From the NCBI GenBank assembly GCA_963674695.2, contig CAXXGI010000003.1, positions 832,001 through 896,000 of the forward strand: DNA of 64,000 nucleotides. Reading direction: 5' to 3'. A program made the position numbers and the translations under genes. Numbering within the stretch: the stretch's first letter is position 1; each line of letters begins with the position of its first letter. This document shows, in pieces, positions 1-7,887 of this stretch. This DNA is from a bacterium (GTDB taxonomy: Bacteria; UBA10199; 2-02-FULL-44-16; JAAZCA01). The notes under the pieces were generated by a model, which saw only the letters and a program-made list of their open reading frames with translations, was not told where the DNA came from and made no database searches.

Positions 1-17
1 ATCGCCATCCGTGTCTC

Positions 18-118
18 CCGCGAAGCGGAAGGCGCGGAACCCAATGAACAGCGCGGCCGGGGACCCGCCGTCAGGCGGGTGGACGCGCTGTATCCTTGGG
101 CGACGCGAGCCGCGAGGC
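18..118 (+). other. Imperfect GC-rich hairpin flanked by two mini-hairpins, downstream of tRNA-Ala
   Basis: Pairings 33-36/104-107, 40-44/96-100, 48-55/84-91, 63-69/74-80 (loop GTCA); mini-hairpins 18-28 and 109-118. Confidence 0.55.
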
Positions 119-188
119 GAGCAACCCTCGACCTCGTGGCTCGATCTGCACACAAAAAAGCCCCCCGAGATAACTCTCGAAGGACCTT

Positions 189-264
189 TGGTGGAGCTGA
201 GGGGGCTCGAACCCCTGACCCCGACACTGCCAGTGTCGTGCTCTCCCAGCTGAGCTACAGCCCC
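189..264 (-). tRNA. tRNA-Ala(GGC), CCA encoded
   Basis: Reverse complement GGGGCTGTAGCTCAGCTGGGAGAGC...CGACA-CTGGCAG-TGTCG...GTTCGA...CAGCTCCACCA; 76 nt cloverleaf, G3-U70. Confidence 0.97.
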
Positions 265-288
265 AAATGACCCGGATTTTGAGCGCGC

Positions 289-318
289 ACTATGCTCAAA
301 AAGCCCCCGGGGTGTCAA
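289..318 (-). promoter_or_regulatory. sigma70-type promoter of tRNA-Ala
   Basis: TTGACA-N18-CATAGT followed by a GC-rich discriminator. Confidence 0.6.
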
Positions 319-355
319 CCCTTTCCCCATCGCCGAAAAAGCCCGATATGCGGCC

Positions 356-1135
356 CTACCACTGCACGAAGAGCCCCGCGCGCGGACCGTGGAGCGTCTG
401 GCCCTCGGTGTTGATCGCCCGATAGGCAGCGCGCACGCCGAACCACTTATACTTATAGGACACGCCCCCCTGAACATCGTACACATTTTTGCCCCGTATA
501 ATGGCGTAATAGGGCTGGGCATCGACGATGAAGTGTTTGCCAAAGAAGAGGTATATGGGCAGGCCGAATTCGAAGCCGGTGTGGCGCCGCTGACCCCAGA
601 TCTGTTTGGCGCCCAGCGCCAGATTGATGCCGATGAAGTCTGCAAAGAGCGTGCGCAGGAGAAAATGCCCGCCCAGGATTTTGAGATCGTGTTTCGGATC
701 GTTCTCAAAATACTGCGTGTAGTTCACATCGGCCCCGAGCATCAGATAGCCCGCCTCCACCCGACCGGAAACCCCGTTGAGTTTATCGGTCAGGTACTGA
801 TAAGCCCCCTCGAGGCGAAAGGTCGGCAATGCCGGAGACTCATTCGCCTTGAGCTCGAAGTAGAGATCCTCCCAGTTGTCCGAACCCGTCTGGAGCAAGC
901 CCGCCAGGAAGAGATTGGCAAAGACCTGGATGAGACCGATGGTGGCCACCTCGCCGCCCGACAGGTCGCTCTTGCTCTCGGTGGTGATGCTCTTCTTCTC
1001 CTCCGACTTCGGCGCCTCGAGTGCCTCTTCAAACGACTCGAGTTTTCCCTTCTTCTCGCTGGCGAAAAGTGGAGGAGCCATGACCGTCGAGAGGACGAAG
1101 AGACAGAGGATGAAAAGGGAGAGGAGAGACCTCAT
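356..1135 (-). CDS. Exported protein, probable outer-membrane beta-barrel
   Basis: Signal peptide, alternating beta-strands in the C-terminal half, terminal aromatic residue (AGLFVQW). Confidence 0.65.
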   Translation of the reverse strand: MRSLLSLFILCLFVLSTVMAPPLFASEKKGKLESFEEALEAPKSEEKKSITTESKSDLSGGEVATIGLIQVFANLFLAGLLQTGSDNWEDLYFELKANESPALPTFRLEGAYQYLTDKLNGVSGRVEAGYLMLGADVNYTQYFENDPKHDLKILGGHFLLRTLFADFIGINLALGAKQIWGQRRHTGFEFGLPIYLFFGKHFIVDAQPYYAIIRGKNVYDVQGGVSYKYKWFGVRAAYRAINTEGQTLHGPRAGLFVQW

Positions 1136-2356
1136 CTATCGCACCTTCCTTCCGCCGATAACAACACCCGAGCAGGTGTTCATGCCGTAACGATAGAGCG
1201 GGTAGTATTCATCCGGCGCATCGAAGCAGGCGAAATCTGCGCGCAAGCCCACATCGATCGCGCCACGATCCGAGAGCCCCAATGCTTGGGCCGCATGACA
1301 GGTGATGGCGCGCAGGGCTTCGTCGCAGGTCATCTTCATCTGCGTGACCGCGATCGAGGCATTGAGCATGAGATCGAGCGATGGCGTCGTGCCCGGGTTG
1401 TAGTCGGTCGCAATGGCGATGGGCAGCGGCATCTCACACATGCGTCGCGCGTCCGGATAATGCCCCCCACCGGTGAAGAAACTCGCCCCGGGAAGCAGGA
1501 CCGGAACGACCCCCGACTCCTGCATCGCCCGCATGCCCGCCTCACCCGTATAGTCGAGGTGGCTGGCGTTCGCGGCACCGAGTTCGGCGGCCAAACGCGC
1601 GCCCCCGCCATCGCCAAACTGATCGACGTGCAGGTGAAGAGCAAGGTTCTCTCGATGAGCGGCCTCGGCAATCTGACGCGCTTCGTCGACGGTGAAAGCC
1701 CCTTCCTCAACAAAGATATCGCAGCCCGCCATCACATCGGTGATCGTCGCGGCGGGAATCATCTGTTCGATGAGCATGCGGATATATCCGGCTCGATTTT
1801 CCTGATATTCGACGGGGACCACATGCGCCCCGAGAAAGGTGCCGAGAACGGAGATCGCGTGTGCCTCGGAGAGACGCACGATAACATCGATCATCTTGGC
1901 TTCGGTTTCAGCATCGAGGCCATATCCGGTCTTGATCTCGAGCGTCGTCACCCCGCGCGCAAGGACCTCGTCCAGGCGCGCAAATGCCGACCGCTCCAGC
2001 TCCTCGCGAGGGGCACTGCGCGTCGCCCTGACGGTGGAGAGAATTCCCCCGCCGTCGGCGGCGATCTGCTGATAGCTCATCCCTTCCGAACGCTGCTTGA
2101 ATTCCTTCTGACGCGAACCGCCATGGACGAGATGCGTATGGCAATCGATGAGGCCGGGCAGGACGATAGCCCTACCCGTATCGAACCGACGATGATCGCC
2201 CTCGGGCACTTCGGATTGCGGACCCACCCAGGCGATGCGGTCCCCCTCACAGAGCACAGCGGCATCGGCGATGACCCCCAGGGGACCTTCGCGATCCTTT
2301 CCCGGAACCATCGTCACGAGGCGAGCGATATTGGTGATCAGGAGGTTCTTCGTCAT
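1136..2356 (-). CDS. hutI: Imidazolonepropionase
   Basis: PGLIDCHTHLV, GGGILSTVRATR, EIKTGYGL, HVDQF, ATDYNPG motifs. Confidence 0.95.
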   Translation of the reverse strand: MTKNLLITNIARLVTMVPGKDREGPLGVIADAAVLCEGDRIAWVGPQSEVPEGDHRRFDTGRAIVLPGLIDCHTHLVHGGSRQKEFKQRSEGMSYQQIAADGGGILSTVRATRSAPREELERSAFARLDEVLARGVTTLEIKTGYGLDAETEAKMIDVIVRLSEAHAISVLGTFLGAHVVPVEYQENRAGYIRMLIEQMIPAATITDVMAGCDIFVEEGAFTVDEARQIAEAAHRENLALHLHVDQFGDGGGARLAAELGAANASHLDYTGEAGMRAMQESGVVPVLLPGASFFTGGGHYPDARRMCEMPLPIAIATDYNPGTTPSLDLMLNASIAVTQMKMTCDEALRAITCHAAQALGLSDRGAIDVGLRADFACFDAPDEYYPLYRYGMNTCSGVVIGGRKVR

Positions 2357-2414
2357 AATGTGGTGAATTTACATGCTTTTCTGCCAGTGTCACGGGTTTT
2401 CTCGACCCGCATGA

Positions 2415-2762
2415 TCACGCGCCGCGCCGCCAGGGCAAGCGCCCATCGACCTCGATCTGGAGGGAGAAGCTCAGGAGCGTTCGGATGAGGACGACGATGC
2501 CGAGCGTGGCGACCTGCGAAAAGTTGAGGTCGGTGATGACGGTACTGATGATATCGGCGGCGATGAGGACCTCGAGGCCCAAGAGGATGGTCTTTCCCAG
2601 CCCAACTTTGAAGACCTGATAGCAGTCCGCATCCTTGGCCACGAGATTCTTGATATATCGAATGAGAGAATAGAAGACGCCGACGATGATGATCGCGACC
2701 CCGGTCGCTTCCAATCCGCGTGCCAAATATCCGATGACGACCGACAGCGTTTCGATGTTCAT
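2415..2762 (-). CDS. DUF1622-type small membrane protein
   Basis: LGKTILLGLEVLIAADII...LIRTLLSFSLQIEVDGRLPW signature. Confidence 0.85.
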   Translation of the reverse strand: MNIETLSVVIGYLARGLEATGVAIIIVGVFYSLIRYIKNLVAKDADCYQVFKVGLGKTILLGLEVLIAADIISTVITDLNFSQVATLGIVVLIRTLLSFSLQIEVDGRLPWRRGA

Positions 2763-2813
2763 ACCGGCTCCTCATCCGCGTGATGGTTCACAACTCTTCC
2801 TGTTCCACAACGA

Positions 2814-3176
2814 TCAGCTGTGGGCTTCCAGCAACTCAATTCGTCCCTCATGAGCATCGTAGCGTTTGGCTAATCGATCAAGCTTCACCTCCACGATGCC
2901 CATGCAACCCCTGAGCCGTTCAATCTCATCCTTATTACATCGGATAGCCTTTTCGACCAGCATAAAGCGCTGATCCATATGGCACCGTAGAGAGTCGATC
3001 TTCTGACTGAGTCCTCGCGTCGCATCCTCTGCATTTTCGAGAACAAGGTCCATCTTGGATCGCAAGTCCTCCATCAGCACCGCATTGTAATGCATCATCG
3101 TCTCCCTCGCATCGAGCTCATCGATCGGCGTATCAATTCGTGACCTCTTCGTTCCACTCCCCTTTTTCCGCACCAT
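2814..3176 (-). CDS. Hypothetical coiled-coil protein
   Basis: 120 aa with heptad pattern; RBS GGAGG; sigma54-like promoter upstream. Confidence 0.7.
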   Translation of the reverse strand: MVRKKGSGTKRSRIDTPIDELDARETMMHYNAVLMEDLRSKMDLVLENAEDATRGLSQKIDSLRCHMDQRFMLVEKAIRCNKDEIERLRGCMGIVEVKLDRLAKRYDAHEGRIELLEAHS

Positions 3177-3228
3177 ATTCCCTCCCCTCCTCTAGGCAAC
3201 CCGGCATGGGCTGTCAACGGAAAGGGAT

Positions 3229-3314
3229 TGCACGGAGCGTGCCAATGAAATTTCAGGGAGTTACGTCGATATCGGTGCCGAAATACGCAGCAGCGGTGCT
3301 GCAAATGGAGGCAG
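3229..3314 (-). repeat. 86-bp direct repeat copy 1, carrying sigma54 -24/-12 element (3229-3245), IHF-like site and palindrome (3287-3302)
   Basis: Near-identical to 4040-4125; minus strand reads TTGGCACGCTCCGTGCA (GG-N10-GC); GCAGCA-GCGG-TGCTGC palindrome. Confidence 0.85.
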
Positions 3315-3316
3315 CA

Positions 3317-3760
3317 TCAACCTGCGGTGGATTCCTCTCCCATCTCCTTGCTCCGCACGCGCATTTCAAAGGTCAGCCCCATAACGCCCAGTATCTTCTC
3401 CATCATTATGGGACTGGGAACGGCTTCGCCATGTTCATAGCGGGCATAGGTATTCTTTGATTTCGCATCGAGCAGCCGCATCATATCCGTAAGACTCAGC
3501 CCGGCCCGTGCACGCTGCCGTTTCAACAGGAGCGCGATCAAATCCTTTTCGCTCTGTTCGTCCCGCCCCCGAAGGAGAAATGTATTGTTTCGAAACCGAG
3601 CAATATCCGGCCTAAACCCATCTCCATTCGTCGCCGTCTGAAGGAGATCTACCAACATCTCATAGGCATCCTCTTTTGTGCGCCCCTGTGTCATCAGATC
3701 AAGATCCGGAACCTCAATGATCCACCATCGCCCTTCTTTGTTCAACCGTCCTCGAAACAT
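3317..3760 (-). CDS. hicB: HicB-family antitoxin with C-terminal Xre-type HTH
   Basis: WIIEVPDLDLMTQGRTKEDAYEML N-domain plus HTH (TYARYEHG); GGAGG before ATG 3760; directly downstream of hicA. Confidence 0.85.
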   Translation of the reverse strand: MFRGRLNKEGRWWIIEVPDLDLMTQGRTKEDAYEMLVDLLQTATNGDGFRPDIARFRNNTFLLRGRDEQSEKDLIALLLKRQRARAGLSLTDMMRLLDAKSKNTYARYEHGEAVPSPIMMEKILGVMGLTFEMRVRSKEMGEESTAG

Positions 3761-3777
3761 GGCATCCTCCCGACGCA

Positions 3778-3960
3778 TCACTTCCCTCTATTTTCCTTCA
3801 CCGTCTTGAGAATTTTTTTCGCAAGCCGTTCATTGATTTCATTATGTCGCGGAACAAACTCATCACATTCGCCATTTGTCCACACATCGTGCTTTCCGCC
3901 CGACCGCAGAAACCACCAGCCGAGTCTTCTCAATTGTCGCTCAAGCTCTCGTCGTTTCAT
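3778..3960 (-). CDS. hicA: HicA-family mRNA interferase toxin
   Basis: MKRRELERQLRRLGW..RSGGKHDVW..VPRHNEINERLAKKILK, 60 aa. Confidence 0.9.
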   Translation of the reverse strand: MKRRELERQLRRLGWWFLRSGGKHDVWTNGECDEFVPRHNEINERLAKKILKTVKENRGK

Positions 3961-3964
3961 GGCA

Positions 3965-3993
3965 AGTGTACACCTTTCTGTGTACCTGGTCAA
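3965..3993 (-). promoter_or_regulatory. hicAB sigma70 promoter with overlapping inverted-repeat operator
   Basis: TTGACC-N17-TACACT, 4 nt before the ATG; GTACAC-N6-GTGTAC palindrome overlaps spacer and -10. Confidence 0.7.
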
Positions 3994-4039
3994 TCATGGT
4001 GATCATTCCGGACACCAAGCAGACCCGCCATCAACAGAA

Positions 4040-4125
4040 TGCACGGAGCGTGCCAATGAAATTTCAGGGAGTTACGCTGTTTGTGGTGCCGAAAAACGCA
4101 GCAGCGGTGCTGCAAATAGAGGCAG
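4040..4125 (-). repeat. 86-bp direct repeat copy 2 (sigma54 module)
   Basis: Matches 3229-3314 at offset 811. Confidence 0.85.
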
Positions 4126-4135
4126 GGGGAAAGGA

Positions 4136-4234
4136 TGGAGAAACGGAAAACGGAGAGCAGATTCGGAGAACGGAGAACCGACAACAGAGACGAGAACTCA
4201 GAACTCGGTTTTCGGTTTCGGTTTCGGTTCTCTG
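4136..4234. repeat. Degenerate heptamer tandem repeats with an inverted arm
   Basis: CGGAAAA/CGGAGAA units followed by TTTTCGG/TTTCGG/TTCTCTG units. Confidence 0.6.
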
Positions 4235-4236
4235 AA

Positions 4237-4593
4237 TCAGCGCTCTGAACTCGGGGAGATCGATTTCACAACATCGAGGGCGATGCAGGGCTCGTCGCCG
4301 ATCACCCAGGCATCGCAATCCGGTTTCAGCTCGAAGGCGTCGCCTGGACCGACCGTGACTTCCTGGCCATCCGGACTTTTGAGCCCCATCCGGCCCGAGA
4401 GGATAGAGCCGATATGGGCTTCAGCCGGCTTGCCCGAAAGCGGCCCCACGTGCTCGGACCATCGCCATCCGGGACGGTATTCGCCCCGCCCGATCGCGAC
4501 GGAATCGAGGATCACAACAGATCGCGTGCTTCCGTCGAGGAAGGTCCAGGTGCGATCGGGGGTGGAGATGTTCTTTGCGATGATATCCGGCAT
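4237..4593 (-). CDS. Cupin-domain protein
   Basis: PGWRWSEHVGP...HIGSILSGRM...GPGDAF...DAWVIGDEPC. Confidence 0.85.
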   Translation of the reverse strand: MPDIIAKNISTPDRTWTFLDGSTRSVVILDSVAIGRGEYRPGWRWSEHVGPLSGKPAEAHIGSILSGRMGLKSPDGQEVTVGPGDAFELKPDCDAWVIGDEPCIALDVVKSISPSSER

Positions 4594-4610
4594 TTGGACA
4601 GGCCCTCCTC

Positions 4611-5057
4611 TCACTCCTCACCCTGCCCCGTTTGACGGGGCTCCAGAAGAACCGCCGTCCCTGAGACCTTGGGGCGATAGATCGTATTCGACCCGACGTG
4701 ATAACATTCGTGCTGTCCCTTTTGGCACGATAACCTTCCCGCAGCGGCACTGGCCATCTCGTTCGAGTACCGCACGTCGATCACCGCATCGGCCCCGAGG
4801 GCCGCGGCCTTCTGTCGCAATCGCCCATTGAGCTCGGCGCGCGAAGCCCCCGTCGGCGCGACCGCCTTGATCGAACCGATCGTACGATGGGATGGTACCG
4901 ACTCGCCGGTGTGATAGATTCTCACCGTCCGGACGTCCGTCGCCGGTCCGACCGGCCGAACCGGCGACGACACTTCCTTCGCCTTCTTCGTCGCGCACCC
5001 CACGATCCCGACAGCAGCGATGACGATGAGGAAAAAAAGAACGAGACGTCGATGCAT
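4611..5057 (-). CDS. Lipoprotein with YbjQ-like (heavy-metal-binding superfamily) domain
   Basis: Lipobox IVGC; LRQKAAALGADAVIDVRY...VSGTAV. Confidence 0.65.
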   Translation of the reverse strand: MHRRLVLFFLIVIAAVGIVGCATKKAKEVSSPVRPVGPATDVRTVRIYHTGESVPSHRTIGSIKAVAPTGASRAELNGRLRQKAAALGADAVIDVRYSNEMASAAAGRLSCQKGQHECYHVGSNTIYRPKVSGTAVLLEPRQTGQGEE

Positions 5058-5099
5058 CGATATTCCTCCCGGGGTCTTATTGTTTTTTCCCATCACTCC

Positions 5100-5471
5100 T
5101 CATCCTGCTCCGTCTTCCGATACGAAGACCAGACCACAGTCGGGGCATTCTTTGAGATCGGTGGAAAAGCGGGTTCCACAGGCGGGACAGACGGCGGTCT
5201 CCTTGTTGGCGTCGAAGACTTCGGCGCTCTGCTCGGGATCGAAGTCGAGATCCTCGAGGAGTTTTGCCTGCTCCTCGCGCAGCAGCTCCTGAATCTTCGG
5301 CAAATCCTCTAACTCACCCCAAACCTCGACCGTCACCCGACACCCCCGCGTGCAGGTCTGCTTGTTATGCCCGAGCTCAATGGCAACCCCGCGTTCAGCC
5401 AATATCTCTTTGATCCGCTTGGCCTCGTTGAGGTCCATGATGCCGAGGAGTTGTTTGGTGGTGATGGGCAT
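5100..5471 (-). CDS. Hypothetical protein with CxxxC motif and C-terminal zinc ribbon
   Basis: CTRGC; CPACG...CPDCG. Confidence 0.75.
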   Translation of the reverse strand: MPITTKQLLGIMDLNEAKRIKEILAERGVAIELGHNKQTCTRGCRVTVEVWGELEDLPKIQELLREEQAKLLEDLDFDPEQSAEVFDANKETAVCPACGTRFSTDLKECPDCGLVFVSEDGAG

Positions 5472-5538
5472 ATTATCTCACTCTTCCGTCTGATGGGGTT
5501 CTCTCACATCGCTCACTTGACTCATGCTCAATAGATTA

Positions 5539-7242
5539 TTAGTTGCCCACCCCAAGCTTCTCTTCAATAGCGCTTAGATAATTCCGAAACACTGGAACAC
5601 CATATTTATTCAAAGCCCCCTCTGGGTTTGAAGCCACTATCTCTGCAATTTCACGTTTAACCTTCTTTGCATCCCTAGTCCAATTCTTCCCATGATCATC
5701 AAAAGCCCTCTTCATCCATTCAGACCACTTTTGTTTCCTCGTTCTAGAACTAGCAGATCCAATAGAAACGCCATATTTTTCACTGATCATCACTTTGTAA
5801 ATATTTACATCATACCAATCCTCGAGTTCAGAAAAGGTCATACCTCTACATTTCGTATAAGTGACTTCAGCCGGCGTTATCAAACCATCCCCCTCTGCTG
5901 TACAATAAGCGTTTTGCGCCTCCTGATCGTTATCCAGTAGACAATGGTAACTACATAACGTTGTTCTAAGCAAATTCAGATTATACGGCAATTTTGCTAC
6001 TCCATGGACCGGCTCAATTACCAATGTCCCATTGTGAAATGCATTACGCACTCGACTTGAGTAATGTTTTAACAAAGCCCCTATCGATTTCTCATCATCT
6101 CTTCCCTCAACAACCAATATCAACTCTGCATGCATTAGATTGTCAGCCGCGCGAACACCTAAGACATTTCGAATACTCTCAATATCCTTCGCTGGCACTG
6201 GTTTCCTTCCCGACACAACAATATTAGAAGCCAGGTTTTCCCTATCAACAAACAGAGGACAATGCGTTGAGATAATCACCTGTCGTTTACCAGAAAACTC
6301 CATTATAACCCGCCTTAACCTGTGAATCGCCGTTGGATGTAGATGCGACTCGGGCTCCTCAATAGCAAGAATCAAGTTTTTCTTCACAGCGCTTTGCTCA
6401 GAAGCGTGCCTCATGAGCCCCATTACGACAAGACTCTTCACCCCATCGCCTTTATTTTCCAACAATGTTGGCACACCATCATTAATTATTACATCACATG
6501 ATTCTCTCAACGCTCTAGAGCGTCGTTCCCTTGAGATTTTTACATCAACATCACTTATGTTAGGCAAGAAATCATTTAGTGTACACTTAATTGTATTGGA
6601 TATTCGCTTTAGAACAGGCATCTGCTTAGATTCAATAGCTTTAACTGCCTTCCGATATTGCGGATCCTCTTCAAGTACGGACAGTTCACGCGAAACCATA
6701 CCCTCAACAATTTCTAAAGCAGATCTCTCAGTTCTAATTGCAGGGATATGAACACATATTAATCGATCACTTATAAATTTTGCGATGTCCTGAGACTTCT
6801 CTGCATAACGTTTTCCCCCACCAGGCCCTCTCCTTACAACACTTAGCTGTGGAGACGATTCCCTTCCGATCTTAACCTTGATTTTTAGTAGGGGATCTGT
6901 TGGGCGCCCAATCATCTTTTTAAATTCTATCCTTTCATCATCGTCTATTTCCAGTTCCAGTGTAAATGCCGTACATTGCGACCCCTTCTCTCTTTCTCTT
7001 AATGAAATGGGGAAATCGGTTTCCCAATCATAATACCTCCTCGCATTCATTCCCAGGCGAAGTCTGTTCCTCATTCCTCCGTGCATTCCTCTCAAAATAT
7101 AGAGCAGCGTCACAAACGCTCTCAATATATTTGTCTTTCCTTGATTGTTTGGACCGATTAGAATTGTTGAATCATTTATTGGCAACCTATTCGCCTCAGT
7201 AATGCTACGGTATTTACTAATTGAAAAAGACTTAACCCTCAT
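5539..7242 (-). CDS. OLD-family ATP-dependent nuclease (ABC ATPase plus TOPRIM)
   Basis: Walker A GPNNQGKT, Walker B IEEPESHLHP, STH switch, TOPRIM VVEGRDDE and LLDND; visibly AT-richer than flanks. Confidence 0.85.
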   Translation of the reverse strand: MRVKSFSISKYRSITEANRLPINDSTILIGPNNQGKTNILRAFVTLLYILRGMHGGMRNRLRLGMNARRYYDWETDFPISLREREKGSQCTAFTLELEIDDDERIEFKKMIGRPTDPLLKIKVKIGRESSPQLSVVRRGPGGGKRYAEKSQDIAKFISDRLICVHIPAIRTERSALEIVEGMVSRELSVLEEDPQYRKAVKAIESKQMPVLKRISNTIKCTLNDFLPNISDVDVKISRERRSRALRESCDVIINDGVPTLLENKGDGVKSLVVMGLMRHASEQSAVKKNLILAIEEPESHLHPTAIHRLRRVIMEFSGKRQVIISTHCPLFVDRENLASNIVVSGRKPVPAKDIESIRNVLGVRAADNLMHAELILVVEGRDDEKSIGALLKHYSSRVRNAFHNGTLVIEPVHGVAKLPYNLNLLRTTLCSYHCLLDNDQEAQNAYCTAEGDGLITPAEVTYTKCRGMTFSELEDWYDVNIYKVMISEKYGVSIGSASSRTRKQKWSEWMKRAFDDHGKNWTRDAKKVKREIAEIVASNPEGALNKYGVPVFRNYLSAIEEKLGVGN

Positions 7243-7325
7243 AACAGATCTCCTTTTTCCATTTGATCAACAATCAATAAACTATATCGATCAGATCAAT
7301 CTTCGCCAACCACGATCAAGACAGA

Positions 7326-7826
7326 TTAATGGCAGCATTTATTTTCGAACAACATCGCCACATAACTGATCCCTTCGTGTTCTTGCACATCACCCTCGCG
7401 CTTGAAGCCCAGCTTCTCGTAATACGAGATCGCATTGAGCGAGGATTTAACCGTAATCTTCTCGACGCCTTCTCCGAAGGCGTTATTCTCACACAGCATC
7501 AGACAATGGGTTAGGCTGGAATACAATTAGCGCTTCGCTGCGGTGGGCTCAACGTAAAACGCCGTAGCCGGCGAATATCGCGAAGCACTTGTGTTTTTTT
7601 GGAGCAAAATCACTCCAACAAAGATCAAAATGCGTTGGTTATGCGACCGCAAAGTGATGGCACGGCGATAATAAGGCGATCGCTTAACGATCACCGCATG
7701 AGCCCCCAGAGCATTTTCGAAACTGCTTCGATGCACGATTTGAAGCGCTATCACTCCAAACTGAGTGACATCGGGATGAATCGAAACAGCACCGGCGTCG
7801 CTGGAACGCATGTGTCTGTATGTCAT
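7326..7826 (-). pseudogene. Degraded GNAT acetyltransferase
   Basis: In-frame TAA at 7527-7529 separates MTYRHMRSSD... from ITVKSSLNAISYYEKLGFKREG...GISYVAM. Confidence 0.7.
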
Positions 7827-7887
7827 ATCGCCTTTCATCGCTATTCGATAACGATATCTTCAGGTGCACGTCAAATGGTGGATCGTA

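Noticed and set aside
154-264. tRNA-Ala as the att site of an integrated element
   Set aside because: No duplicated tRNA 3' end or integrase inside the window; cannot be supported here
389-2488. 699-aa plus-strand ORF and the many long plus-strand ORFs opposite ribosomal, rpo, tuf and fus genes (e.g. 28776-30737, 43326-45110)
   Set aside because: Antisense shadows of GC-rich coding sequence with no recognisable motifs
7527-7529. Programmed stop readthrough or recoding in the GNAT gene
   Set aside because: The stop is TAA, used as a normal stop throughout the window, and the surrounding sequence is degenerate
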